DNA of 64,000 nucleotides, from positions 12,025 through 76,024 of the forward strand of contig JANQQC010000006.1 of the NCBI GenBank assembly GCA_028285145.1. The letters run 5' to 3'. The notes beneath the pieces are model-generated. The model did not search any database. It saw only the letters and a list, made by a program, of their open reading frames with translations, and was not told the origin of the DNA. Position 1 is the first letter of the stretch, and each line of letters opens with the position of its first letter. The position numbers and the translations under genes were made by a program. Shown piece after piece: positions 9,965-18,838 of this stretch. The DNA is from Hyphomonadaceae bacterium. Its GTDB lineage: Bacteria; Pseudomonadota; Alphaproteobacteria; Caulobacterales; Hyphomonadaceae.

Positions 9965-10449
9965 TAAACACACGTGCTCTGACGGCTGCATCATGCAGCC
10001 TCGCTGTGCTTCTTCTGGCTGGCGCGTGCGCGCATCATGATGATGGCTCAACGCCGACGCTCACGGGCGGGGAGCCGTTTGACTGGTTCATCGGCTGCTG
10101 GGAGACCGAGGCTGGACAAACTCGGGAAGTCTGGGTGCGCGAAGGTGCCGATCATTTATTCGGACATAATGTGGTGCGACGCGACGGGGACGTTGTTTTC
10201 TTCGAGCAGTTGAGACTGGCAGCGCGCGACGAGGGCTGGGTGTACGCCGCTTATCCGAACGGGGTCGGCCCGACAGAGTTCGCGCTTGTTGAGCAGGGGC
10301 CGGTATCAGCGCGGTTCGAGAACCCGACTCACGACTTTCCTCAAGTGATTGCGTATGAGCAGACATATGACGGTCTTACCGCCGAGGTGTCGGCCCTTGA
10401 TGGATCAAATCCCCAGACATGGGCTTATGCGCGCTGCGCCGATCATTGA
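9961..10449 (+). CDS. Lipoprotein of unknown function (DUF6265-like by recollection)
   Basis: It has a TTG start overlapping the VOC stop, a lipobox (LLAGAC), and an FENPTHDFPQVIAY motif. Confidence 0.55.
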   Translation: MINTRALTAASCSLAVLLLAGACAHHDDGSTPTLTGGEPFDWFIGCWETEAGQTREVWVREGADHLFGHNVVRRDGDVVFFEQLRLAARDEGWVYAAYPNGVGPTEFALVEQGPVSARFENPTHDFPQVIAYEQTYDGLTAEVSALDGSNPQTWAYARCADH

Positions 10450-10476
10450 GATGAATTCGACCAAGGGGCTGATCAG

Positions 10477-11487
10477 ATGAAACTCGCCACGCTTCGTAAT
10501 GGAACACGGGATGGCCGCCTGGTGGTGGTCTCGCGGGATCTCACCACGTGCACGAGCGCGCAGTTGATCGCGCCCACGCTGCAGGCCGCGCTGGACGATT
10601 GGGAGGGTCTGTCTCCTGAACTTGAGGCGCTGTCGATGCAGCTAGAGGCAGGAGCGGTACCGACCGAGCGCTTTCACGAGCATGATTGTGAGAGCCCGCT
10701 ACCGCGCGCATTTCAGTGGGCCGATGGGTCCGCCTACATCAATCATGTTGAGCTGGTGCGCAAAGCGCGCGGCGCTGAAGTGCCGGCCAGCTTTTACGAA
10801 GATCCCCTGATGTATCAGGGTGGGTCGGACGCGTTCCTCGGACCGCGCGATCCGATTCCGCTGGGTGATGCGGCATGGGGGTGTGACATGGAGGGGGAGA
10901 TCGCGGTGGTCACCGATGACGTCCCCATGGGTGTCTCTGAGGAAGATGCCGCCGGTCACATCAAGCTCGTAATGCTCTGCAACGATGTGTCCCTGCGCGG
11001 ACTTATCCCCGCTGAACTTGCCAAGGGATTTGGCTTCTTCCAGTCAAAACCGCCGAGCGCGTTTTCACCTGTTGCTGTGACTCCCGATGAATTGGGCGAG
11101 GCGTGGACAAACAGTCTCGTCCATCTGCCGCTTTGCGTGGACTATAATGGCGCGCCGTTCGGCCGCGCGCTCGCCCACGAAGAGGCGACATTTTCGCTGG
11201 CCCGTTTGGTCAGCCATGCAGCGAAGACGCGGCCACTGTCAGCCGGGACCATTATTGGATCAGGCACAGTCTCCAATAAGGGTGCGGATGGCGGTGCGGG
11301 AAAGCCCATCGCCGAGGGCGGGCGAGGCTATTCGTGTATCGCCGAAATCCGCATGATCGAGACTATCGACAAGGGCAAGCCAGAAACGCCCTTTATGTTG
11401 GCCGGAGACGTCGTCCGTATCGAGATGATGGATGGCGAAGGAAAATCGATTTTCGGTGCGATTGAGCAAAGCGTCGTAGCGGTATAG
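10477..11487 (+). CDS. Fumarylacetoacetate hydrolase (FAH) family protein, 336-aa subtype
   Basis: It has a C-terminal FAH-fold region (MEGEIAVV..., GTIIGSGTVSN). It is not the ~430-aa canonical FahA length. Confidence 0.8.
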   Translation: MKLATLRNGTRDGRLVVVSRDLTTCTSAQLIAPTLQAALDDWEGLSPELEALSMQLEAGAVPTERFHEHDCESPLPRAFQWADGSAYINHVELVRKARGAEVPASFYEDPLMYQGGSDAFLGPRDPIPLGDAAWGCDMEGEIAVVTDDVPMGVSEEDAAGHIKLVMLCNDVSLRGLIPAELAKGFGFFQSKPPSAFSPVAVTPDELGEAWTNSLVHLPLCVDYNGAPFGRALAHEEATFSLARLVSHAAKTRPLSAGTIIGSGTVSNKGADGGAGKPIAEGGRGYSCIAEIRMIETIDKGKPETPFMLAGDVVRIEMMDGEGKSIFGAIEQSVVAV

Positions 11488-11542
11488 TCCGCGCGCGAGC
11501 GACGATCGGTGGCTCTCGCCTCCGATCGCTGCATGTTGGGCA

Positions 11543-11890
11543 TTATTGCGCGTTGGTCGCTAGAGCAGCTTCCTGCCGGCGAAACCAGCGCCCGGTCCGC
11601 TCCTCATGAATCTGTGTGAGATCGGCACGTCCCACCTGGACGACAAACTTGTCGAGCAGGTCTACCTCGCATGCTCGCTCAGCAACCCATGCGCCGAGCC
11701 ATGGTGTTTTGACAACATCGCAGGCTTCCGCCGCTGTGCGCGTTGCCCTTTTGTAGGTCACCTCCGCGGGCTCGTTCGCATTGATGCGGAATTCGACTTC
11801 AAATGGTTCCGCCGAGGCCGTTCCGGCGACAGATCCTAGGCCAGTTGCGACCATCGCCGCAATGCCGAGGGATTTCAGTAAGTGTCTCAT
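11543..11890 (-). CDS. Small secreted protein (possibly UrcA-like)
   Basis: 115 aa with a signal peptide ending ASA and two Cys residues. It has a good SD (AGGAG) 7 nt upstream of the start. Confidence 0.55.
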   Translation of the reverse strand: MRHLLKSLGIAAMVATGLGSVAGTASAEPFEVEFRINANEPAEVTYKRATRTAAEACDVVKTPWLGAWVAERACEVDLLDKFVVQVGRADLTQIHEERTGRWFRRQEAALATNAQ

Positions 11891-11897
11891 TTTTGCT

Positions 11898-11935
11898 CTC
11901 CTGACATGACCGCCGGAAAAGGGCGGCTTCAGGAG
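11898..11935 (-). promoter_or_regulatory. 5'-UTR hairpin able to sequester the SD of the 11543..11890 gene
   Basis: The outer 7-bp stem is CTCCTGA (11898-11904) / TCAGGAG (11929-11935). The inner 5-bp stem is CCGCC / GGCGG. The 3' arm of the transcript contains the AGGAG SD. Confidence 0.35.
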
Positions 11936-12003
11936 ACATGGCGTTTCGCGCGGCCCTTCGGAATCGCGCTTTTCGACAGGTCGCTATGAGAAAATCGCGT
12001 GTG

Positions 12004-12912
12004 TCAGGAGGTGCCTGAGTCTGCGGCAAGCGTTGCGACCTGAGCGACGAACCAGTCGATGATTTCCTGTGTTTGCTTTGTTGGCCGTCCACCTTGGCGA
12101 TGAACGATGTGATAGGTTTGCGGCCAGTCGAGCGCCGTCTCGGAAAAGACCTGCAGCCGTCCGCTGGCGACCGCGTCGCCGACAATCGGTTGGGGCAGGA
12201 GGGCGATACCCTGACCTTCTTCCGTCATTCGCAGGGCGACGAGAAAATCCTCTAGGAAGAAGGCGTCTGTGCTGTCCCAGACTTCCCGGCCCGTCTCCTG
12301 CGACCAGACCCGCCACTCGTCGCTGGAAAACATCTGGATGCGGCGGCAACCCGAAAGGTCATCTCCGACGGGCGCGTCACCCAGAAGACCAGGCTTGCAA
12401 ACGGGGATCAGGCGGCCCGGTGTCAGAGGAATGGAAACAAGATCGTCCCAGTCGCTGGTGCCGTAGCGAATGGAGAAATCGATCTCCTCGCGCTCCAGAT
12501 CGATCAGACGGTCGGAGGTCAGCACATCCAGTTCTGTTCCTGGGAAGGTTTCCCGGAAGTTCTGCATACGCGGCGCGAGGACGGTGGCGGCAAAGGAGGC
12601 GAGCGTGGAAACTCGGCAATGGTTCGAGCGCGGCGAGCGGCGGCTGTAATGGACGAAGGCTGAATCCAGTAGCTCGAACGCGGGATCGATAGACCAGCGA
12701 AGGGACTTGCCCTCCTCGGTGAGTTCCAGCCCGCCGGGCATTCGCTCGAAGAGGCGGGCCCCGATAAAGTCTTCCAGCGCAATCACCTGCTTGCTGATGG
12801 CGCTCTGTGTAACGCCTAAGTCTTCTGCGGCGCGCGATAGGTTGAGGTGACGCGCGGCTGCATGGAAGGCCCGGACAGCGTTCAATGGTGGCAATCTGGT
12901 TTTCATGGTCAT
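12004..12912 (-). CDS. LysR family transcriptional regulator (GcvA/AmpR-like subgroup)
   Basis: It has an N-terminal HTH (LNAVRAFHAAARHLNLSRAAEDLGVTQSAISKQV) and a LysR substrate-binding domain. 302 aa. Confidence 0.9.
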   Translation of the reverse strand: MTMKTRLPPLNAVRAFHAAARHLNLSRAAEDLGVTQSAISKQVIALEDFIGARLFERMPGGLELTEEGKSLRWSIDPAFELLDSAFVHYSRRSPRSNHCRVSTLASFAATVLAPRMQNFRETFPGTELDVLTSDRLIDLEREEIDFSIRYGTSDWDDLVSIPLTPGRLIPVCKPGLLGDAPVGDDLSGCRRIQMFSSDEWRVWSQETGREVWDSTDAFFLEDFLVALRMTEEGQGIALLPQPIVGDAVASGRLQVFSETALDWPQTYHIVHRQGGRPTKQTQEIIDWFVAQVATLAADSGTS

Positions 12913-12950
12913 GCCTTAGCACCGCTGACCGAGCCGACGAACCAAGGCTT

Positions 12951-13358
12951 CTAGGCCGCTGCGACGGCTTCGACCTCGACCAGCCAGTCTGGCGAGACGA
13001 GGCCTGACACGAAAACCGTGGTGATAGCGGGTCGGACGCCATCGAAAAAGGCGCGCCGGACGTTGACCAATTCGTCCATGTCCTCTCGGCGAGTGAGGAA
13101 AAAGGAGAGCTTCACAACGTTCTCTAGACCCATGTCCGCAGCTTCAAGGACGGCTCCCAGGTTCTGGATTGCCTGCCGGCACTGGCCAGCGAAGTCTGAC
13201 GAGAGCGATCCATCCGGCGCGACGCCGATTTGCCCGGAGACATGGAGAGTGCGAACCCCTGCTGCGAGCTCCACACCATGGGCGTAGATGCCGTGATACG
13301 GCTCAGCAACAGGGAAGGGGTCATGTCTCCGGGCAGTTGGCATTCGGTAGCCTTTCAA
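12951..13358 (-). CDS. RidA/YjgF family protein
   Basis: 135 aa with SGQIG early and a C-terminal VEVEAVA, typical of the RidA fold. Confidence 0.8.
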   Translation of the reverse strand: MKGYRMPTARRHDPFPVAEPYHGIYAHGVELAAGVRTLHVSGQIGVAPDGSLSSDFAGQCRQAIQNLGAVLEAADMGLENVVKLSFFLTRREDMDELVNVRRAFFDGVRPAITTVFVSGLVSPDWLVEVEAVAAA

Positions 13359-13559
13359 TGTGCTGTCCTGCGTGTTGGAAGGGTCATGCCAGCGATTGAT
13401 GCATCAGGTGAAATGCGTTTTCCGACGAACCAGTATGAGTTTTTTTCCTGACGCTGGAACGGCTTGGATGATGGGCTGTCGCGCCGACATTGCGCGGGAG
13501 ACGTGAGCCCTCTAAACATCGTGCGACGCCTGAACCGGCCACAAGGATAGACCCCGCCC

Positions 13560-14111
13560 ATGCGCACTATTGCTTCGCTTGCTGCATTCGCGGCGCTCGC
13601 CGCCTGTTCCACGCCCTTCGGCGACGCACTGGACACGCGCCAGAATGCCGGCCCGTGTCCGCCCACAGGCTCGCTCTACGATGCCGCGCGCATCGTTGAA
13701 TTCGAGGGTGACACGAAGACCTACAACAACATCACCTATACCGGTGAGATCGTCGATGTGCGGCTGTTCTGCCGCTATGCGGACGATGACGACATGGATG
13801 TCGAGCTTGAGGTCGATTTTGCCTTTGGCCGCGGTGAGCTGGGGGCCGCCGAGAGGCACGATTATGACTACTTCGTCGCCGTAACACGACGCAGCGGCAA
13901 GGTGCTTGCCAAGGAAACCTTCACTGTCCAAGCCGACTTTTCCGATGGTCCGGTGACCGGCGAATCAACGCTGATCCGGCCCATCACTGTGCCGCGCGTG
14001 GACGAGTCGATTTCCGGAGCGAATTTCGAGGTGCTGGTTGGTTTTATGCTGACTGAGGAGCAAGTCGACTTTAATCGCGGCGGCAACCGCTTCCGGCTCG
14101 ACGTTCAGTAG
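13560..14111 (+). CDS. Lipoprotein of unknown function
   Basis: It has a lipobox (LAACS), coding-like GC3 and 183 aa. It lies directly upstream of argS. Confidence 0.55.
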   Translation: MRTIASLAAFAALAACSTPFGDALDTRQNAGPCPPTGSLYDAARIVEFEGDTKTYNNITYTGEIVDVRLFCRYADDDDMDVELEVDFAFGRGELGAAERHDYDYFVAVTRRSGKVLAKETFTVQADFSDGPVTGESTLIRPITVPRVDESISGANFEVLVGFMLTEEQVDFNRGGNRFRLDVQ

Positions 14112-14126
14112 CATTCGGGGCGATCC

Positions 14127-15899
14127 ATGACTGATCTGACGAGCGCCCTGACAAAGGCGTGCGCTGACGCATTCGAAGCTTTGGGCCTTGAGCGGCGCTG
14201 GGGGGCTGTGCGCCGGTCAGACCGCCCGGATCTGGCGGATTTTCAATGCAATGGCTGCATGGGCGCGGCCAAATCTGCAGGCCGTAATCCACGGGAGCTT
14301 GCCGCGGAGATCGCGCCAAAGCTGGCCGGGGCAGGACCGATCCAGAGTGTGGATGTCGCCGGACCGGGATTTCTGAACATTCGTGTGACGGACGATGCAC
14401 TTGCCGGTCGCGCAGAGGACGTCCGCACCGATGAGCTGCGCGGCGCGGCGAAAGCTGATGATGCCGAAGCGGTTGTGATCGACTTTGGCGGGCCGAATGT
14501 CGCCAAGCCCATGCATGTCGGACATATCCGCTCGGCTGTGATCGGCGACACGCTGCAGCGACTAATGCGCTTTCTCGGCGATGAGGTCACTTCAGACGCC
14601 CATTTGGGCGATTGGGGCCTGCAAATGGGCCACCTTGTCACCGAACTCGAAGACGAACAGCCCGATCTTGTCTATTTCGATGCTGCCTTTGAGGGGCCGT
14701 ATCCGGTCGAGGCCCCCGTCACCATCGAAGATCTGGGGCGGCTCTATCCGCAAGCCTCAGCCAAGGCCAAGGCAGACCCTGAACGGAATGAACGCAGCCA
14801 GAAGGCCGTTGCCGAGCTTCAGGCGGGCCGACCGGGCTACAGGGCGCTGTTGTCGCATTTCATCAATGTCTCCGTCGCGGCGCTGAAGATCGATTACGCC
14901 TTCCTCAACGTCTCTTTCGACCTCTGGAAGGGCGAAAGCGATGTCGACGCCCTGATCCCGGACGTGATTGCTGATTTCAAGACTCAGGGACTCGCCGAGG
15001 AAGACGGTGGGGCGCTGATCGTGCGGCTGGAGCGCGAGAGCGACAAGAAGGATATTCCGCCGCTGATGCTGCTCAATTCGCGCGGTGGCACCGGCTATCA
15101 CACGACAGATCTTGCAACGATCCTCGACAGGGTCCGCAATCTTGATCCGAAGCCCAGCCGGATGATCTATGTTGTCGATCAGCGGCAGGCGCTTCACTTC
15201 GAGCAGGTCTATCGGGCGGCTGGCATGGCCGGAATGTTCCCGGAGGACAAGCTGGAGCATATTGGCTTCGGCACGGTGAATGGGCCGGATGGCAAGCCGT
15301 TCAAGACACGTGAAGGCGGCGTGCTGCGTCTGTCGGACCTTAACGCCATGGCGCTTGCCGAAGCGGAAAAGAAAATAGCCGATGCGGCGAAACTTCCCGA
15401 AGACATGGGCGATGCCGAGCGTGCCGATGTCGCGCGCAAAGTCGCCGTCGCGGCGCTTCGTTTCTCCGACCTGCAGAATATGAGAACGACGAATTACGTC
15501 TTTGATCTCGACCGGTTCACGAGCTTTGAAGGCAAGACTGGCCCTTACTTGCTGTATGCCGCTGTGCGTATAAAATCGCTGTTGCGCCGGGCGACCGATG
15601 AAGGGCATTCGGCTGGCGATTTGGCTATCGAAAGCGACGCGGAACGGGCACTTGTGCTCGCAATGGACGGGTTTGGCGCGGCATGCCTCTCAGCCCGGGA
15701 AAAGCGCACGCCACATATTCTGTGTGAGCATGTCTATGGCCTCGCGCAGGCGTTCAGCGCGTTCTATGGCGCGCACCCCATTGCAGCCGAGAAGGATGAA
15801 GCCAAACGCGCCTCAAGGCTTGCGCTCTGTGAAGCGGTATTAGGCCAGCTGGAATGCGGACTCGGCCTGCTCGGCATTGAGACGCCTGAGCGGATGTAA
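14127..15899 (+). CDS. argS: Arginine--tRNA ligase
   Basis: 590 aa with HVGHIRS (HIGH) and a class I ArgS domain order including the C-terminal anticodon-binding DALR region. Confidence 0.95.
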   Translation: MTDLTSALTKACADAFEALGLERRWGAVRRSDRPDLADFQCNGCMGAAKSAGRNPRELAAEIAPKLAGAGPIQSVDVAGPGFLNIRVTDDALAGRAEDVRTDELRGAAKADDAEAVVIDFGGPNVAKPMHVGHIRSAVIGDTLQRLMRFLGDEVTSDAHLGDWGLQMGHLVTELEDEQPDLVYFDAAFEGPYPVEAPVTIEDLGRLYPQASAKAKADPERNERSQKAVAELQAGRPGYRALLSHFINVSVAALKIDYAFLNVSFDLWKGESDVDALIPDVIADFKTQGLAEEDGGALIVRLERESDKKDIPPLMLLNSRGGTGYHTTDLATILDRVRNLDPKPSRMIYVVDQRQALHFEQVYRAAGMAGMFPEDKLEHIGFGTVNGPDGKPFKTREGGVLRLSDLNAMALAEAEKKIADAAKLPEDMGDAERADVARKVAVAALRFSDLQNMRTTNYVFDLDRFTSFEGKTGPYLLYAAVRIKSLLRRATDEGHSAGDLAIESDAERALVLAMDGFGAACLSAREKRTPHILCEHVYGLAQAFSAFYGAHPIAAEKDEAKRASRLALCEAVLGQLECGLGLLGIETPERM

Positions 15900-15904
15900 G
15901 TCCG

Positions 15905-16126
15905 ATGCCGTTCAGCTTCTACCGCCACCGCCGCAATCTCAACTACCGGCTGGTTCTCAAATCCGGCGCGCCTTATCCCGATGGCATGGTCATGGAAGAT
16001 TGGGAATTTACGCTCGAGCGGGAAGATGAAGATACAGGCTCGGACGCGCGCGCCATGGTGGCAGATATGGGATACTGTCTCTTCCAGATGGGGCTTACGC
16101 TCAAAGGGACCGACTTCGGCGACTGA
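15905..16126 (+). CDS. Small hypothetical protein (73 aa)
   Basis: It starts 5 nt after the argS stop and has coding-like third-position GC. I recognise no family. Confidence 0.4.
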   Translation: MPFSFYRHRRNLNYRLVLKSGAPYPDGMVMEDWEFTLEREDEDTGSDARAMVADMGYCLFQMGLTLKGTDFGD

Positions 16127-16216
16127 TCGTGCGGCCTTCTGGCGTGAGTGAGCATGTTTCGGGTGGTTCAGGCCATCAGTGATGTGCATTCCAGGAGCCA
16201 GCCAAAGGAGCGCGAC

Positions 16217-16993
16217 ATGACCAGCCAGACCGAAAAAGCCAAACAGTTTGCAGGACGCCATACCCCGGGCGAACCGATTGTCCTGTTGAACATCTGGGAT
16301 GCCGGTTCTGCGCGCGCCGTCGAGGCGGGTGGGGCACAGGCGCTCGCGACGGGAAGTCACTCGGTTGCTGGCGCGCTTGGTTATGAGGATGGCGAAGCGG
16401 CTCCGCTGGAGGATGTCGTCTGGATGCTGGCGCGGATCTGTGCGGCAACTGAGCTGCCGGTCAGCCACGACACGGAGCGGGGCTATGGCGACACGCCCGA
16501 ACAGGTCGGCGAAAGTTGTGCGCGCGTGATCGGGGCAGGCGCTGTCGGTGTGAACATTGAGGACTCGCTGGCCGATACATCATTGCGCGATGTTGAGGCT
16601 CAGTCTGAGCGGTTGTCCGCGGTCAAGAAGGCAATGGAGGCCGTTTGCGCAGGTGCCTGGCTGAATGCCCGGTGCGACGTTTTCCGGGCGATGGCTGACG
16701 CGTCCCTTGACGATCGTATGGAAGAGCTGAAGCGTCGGGCCGAGGCGTATGCGGCGGCCGGGGCGGACAGCCTGTTTGTGCCTTTTGTCCGTGACGTTGA
16801 TGAGATCACGAAGATTTGTGCGGTCAGTCCTCTGCCGGTGAATGTGATGCGGACTCTGAACGGGCCGCCCCTGGCGGACTATGCTGCCGCAGGCGTTGCG
16901 CGGGTGAGCCATGGCCCGTTTCCATGGTCTGAGAGCATGAAAAACCTGACGGAGACCTCCGCTGGCATCTATGGCGGGCCGACAACAAGCTAG
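16217..16993 (+). CDS. Isocitrate lyase / PEP mutase family protein
   Basis: It has NIWDAGSA and GVNIEDS motifs. The ATG at 16217 is preceded by AAGGAG; the 16148 start in the ORF track is probably an over-extension. Confidence 0.8.
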   Translation: MTSQTEKAKQFAGRHTPGEPIVLLNIWDAGSARAVEAGGAQALATGSHSVAGALGYEDGEAAPLEDVVWMLARICAATELPVSHDTERGYGDTPEQVGESCARVIGAGAVGVNIEDSLADTSLRDVEAQSERLSAVKKAMEAVCAGAWLNARCDVFRAMADASLDDRMEELKRRAEAYAAAGADSLFVPFVRDVDEITKICAVSPLPVNVMRTLNGPPLADYAAAGVARVSHGPFPWSESMKNLTETSAGIYGGPTTS

Positions 16994-17048
16994 TCACTCG
17001 GCACGGACAATGGCATCGTCTGCCTCGTACTCTCAGAGGAAGCCTTTC

Positions 17049-18056
17049 ATGTCCGATACGTCTATCAAGCCAACCCGTCGCCAGATTCTGGGCGGCGCTG
17101 CCGCGCTCGCCGCTGCGTCCGCCACAACGTCCAGCGCTTCGGCCCAGGAGGGTGGGGCCGCCCTGACCGGACAATCGGTCCTGATCACAGGTTGCAGCTC
17201 TGGCTTTGGACGCTTGTCGGCGCTCCATCTCGCGCGCGAAGGGGCGACCGTCATCGCGTCCATGCGCAATCTCGAGAACGGCCAACGTCCCGAAGCGATG
17301 GAGCTTGCTGATGTTGCGAGCGAGGAGAACCTCGCGCTGCATATCGTCGAGATTGATGTCACCGATAATGCGCAGGTTCTTGCTGGAGTGGCGGCTGCCG
17401 AGGAGATTGCAGGTGGCGGTGTGGACGTGCTCGTCAACAATGCGGGTATCGCGATCGCTGGCCCGGTCGAAATGAGTGACGAGGCCGCCTCGGAGTTGAT
17501 CTTCGACGTTAATGTGCAGGGTTGCCACCGCATGGCGCGTGCGGCCCTTCCTGGCATGCGGGCGCGGGACAAAGGTCTGGTCGTTCAGATATCGTCTCAG
17601 CTTGGCCGGCTGATCATCCCCAATATCGGCATGTATTGCTCCACGAAGTTTGCGGTGGAGGCGATGTTCGAATCCATGGCCTACGAGCTTGCGCCGAGCG
17701 GTGTGGAGGTGACGATCATCCAGCCGGGCGGCTATCCAACAAAGATCTGGGAGAACGGATCGCGCTACACCGAGGCTCTGATCGACCGTCTCAATGAAGA
17801 ACGGGCCACGGCCTATGAGACTCATATCGCCGGAGCGCGGGGGTTTTTCGGTGGCGGCGGATCAACCGACCCGATGGATATCCCACGAGCCATTGCGGAG
17901 CTCATGCGAACGCCAAATGGCCAGCGCCCGCTCCGTCGCCCGGTCCACCCTGACACGCGGCTGTCCACCGCGGCCAATGAAGCCATGGCAAATATACAGG
18001 CGGTAGCTCTGGGCGGCGGCGGTTATGCCGCCTGGCACAAGGCTGTGACTGATTAG
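17049..18056 (+). CDS. SDR family oxidoreductase with twin-arginine (Tat) signal peptide
   Basis: The N-terminus is TRRQILGGAAALAAASA...ASA, followed by TGCSSGFG and the catalytic YCSTK. The ATG at 17049 is chosen over 16971. Confidence 0.8.
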   Translation: MSDTSIKPTRRQILGGAAALAAASATTSSASAQEGGAALTGQSVLITGCSSGFGRLSALHLAREGATVIASMRNLENGQRPEAMELADVASEENLALHIVEIDVTDNAQVLAGVAAAEEIAGGGVDVLVNNAGIAIAGPVEMSDEAASELIFDVNVQGCHRMARAALPGMRARDKGLVVQISSQLGRLIIPNIGMYCSTKFAVEAMFESMAYELAPSGVEVTIIQPGGYPTKIWENGSRYTEALIDRLNEERATAYETHIAGARGFFGGGGSTDPMDIPRAIAELMRTPNGQRPLRRPVHPDTRLSTAANEAMANIQAVALGGGGYAAWHKAVTD

Positions 18057-18490
18057 AGCGCCGCGTACTTGCGTGTGCTCATCGTCGATAGCGCCGGGCC
18101 AATATCAGCCGTTTCGTTGAGGGAGAGTTTTTGCAACTCCTCCAGTTCAAATGGTTTATCGGTCTTGAAGTGCGCGCGCCACGTCTTGTCCAACTGATCT
18201 TCGGTTAGCTCGCCTGCAAACGCGTACTCTGAGTAGTCACCGGAGGCGTCAGAGGTCTGCGTTCCGGGCAGGTAGATCGTACCGTTGGAGAAATCGACGG
18301 CAAAGGCGATGACGCCGGGAACGAGAAATAGAAGCAGGCCGATCCCGTTGAGTATTGCAATGCTGGGGTCGATCCGGCCATCGACCTGTCCCTTGCGCTC
18401 GGGATGGAGAATGGTCCCACAGGAAGCAAGGGGTGCCGCTGTCACAGCCGCCAGAAGATGCCGTCGGGTCGGTGTCATTTGAAACTCCAT
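18053..18490 (-). CDS. Tat/lipoprotein-signal protein of unknown function with one internal TM segment
   Basis: It has TRRHLLAAVTAAPLASC at the N-terminus and a hydrophobic stretch, GIGLLLFLVPGVIAFAV. Confidence 0.5.
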   Translation of the reverse strand: MEFQMTPTRRHLLAAVTAAPLASCGTILHPERKGQVDGRIDPSIAILNGIGLLLFLVPGVIAFAVDFSNGTIYLPGTQTSDASGDYSEYAFAGELTEDQLDKTWRAHFKTDKPFELEELQKLSLNETADIGPALSTMSTRKYAAL

Positions 18491-18599
18491 ATCCTGCTGA
18501 GCTGCACATTTGTTGTGCAGAGCGTTAACCTCTCATTGACGGCAGGCTTTGCGAGCCTTGCCGCACGGGAGAATCCGATCTAACTCCGTCCTTGCAAAC

Positions 18600-18805
18600 C
18601 CTGTCCACGGGAGAGAGCAGGCCAGTCCTGCCGCCGAAGGCGCAACCGCCCCGGAAACGCTCAGGCAAAAGGACCGCGGACAGGCCAACACGCTGGAAAG
18701 AGGCGCTGCAGGATGCGGTGGCCTCGCCGAAGGAGCAAGCAGGCCAGTCCGTTTCATTGGACGATCCTGCGGAATCTCTCAGGCGCCGAGACAGCGGGGG
18801 CGGCC
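18600..18805 (+). promoter_or_regulatory. Tandem glycine riboswitch (two aptamers) in the gcvT leader
   Basis: Aptamer 1 reads GGGAGAGAG...CCGCCGAAGGCGCAA...CTCAGGCAAAAGGAC. Aptamer 2 reads CTGGAAAGAG...CGCCGAAGGAGCAA...CTCTCAGGCGCCGAGAC. These are classic conserved cores, placed directly upstream of gcvT. Confidence 0.85.
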
Positions 18806-18838
18806 CGGACCTTCCCGTAGCAGGGGGGCGAGTCGTTT

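Noticed and set aside
11495-11528. A possible bidirectional terminator hairpin (CGATCGG ... CCGATCG) between the FAH gene and the convergent small secreted protein gene.
   Set aside because: The stem is only 7 bp with a 12-nt loop and has no U-tract on either strand. This is too weak to call.
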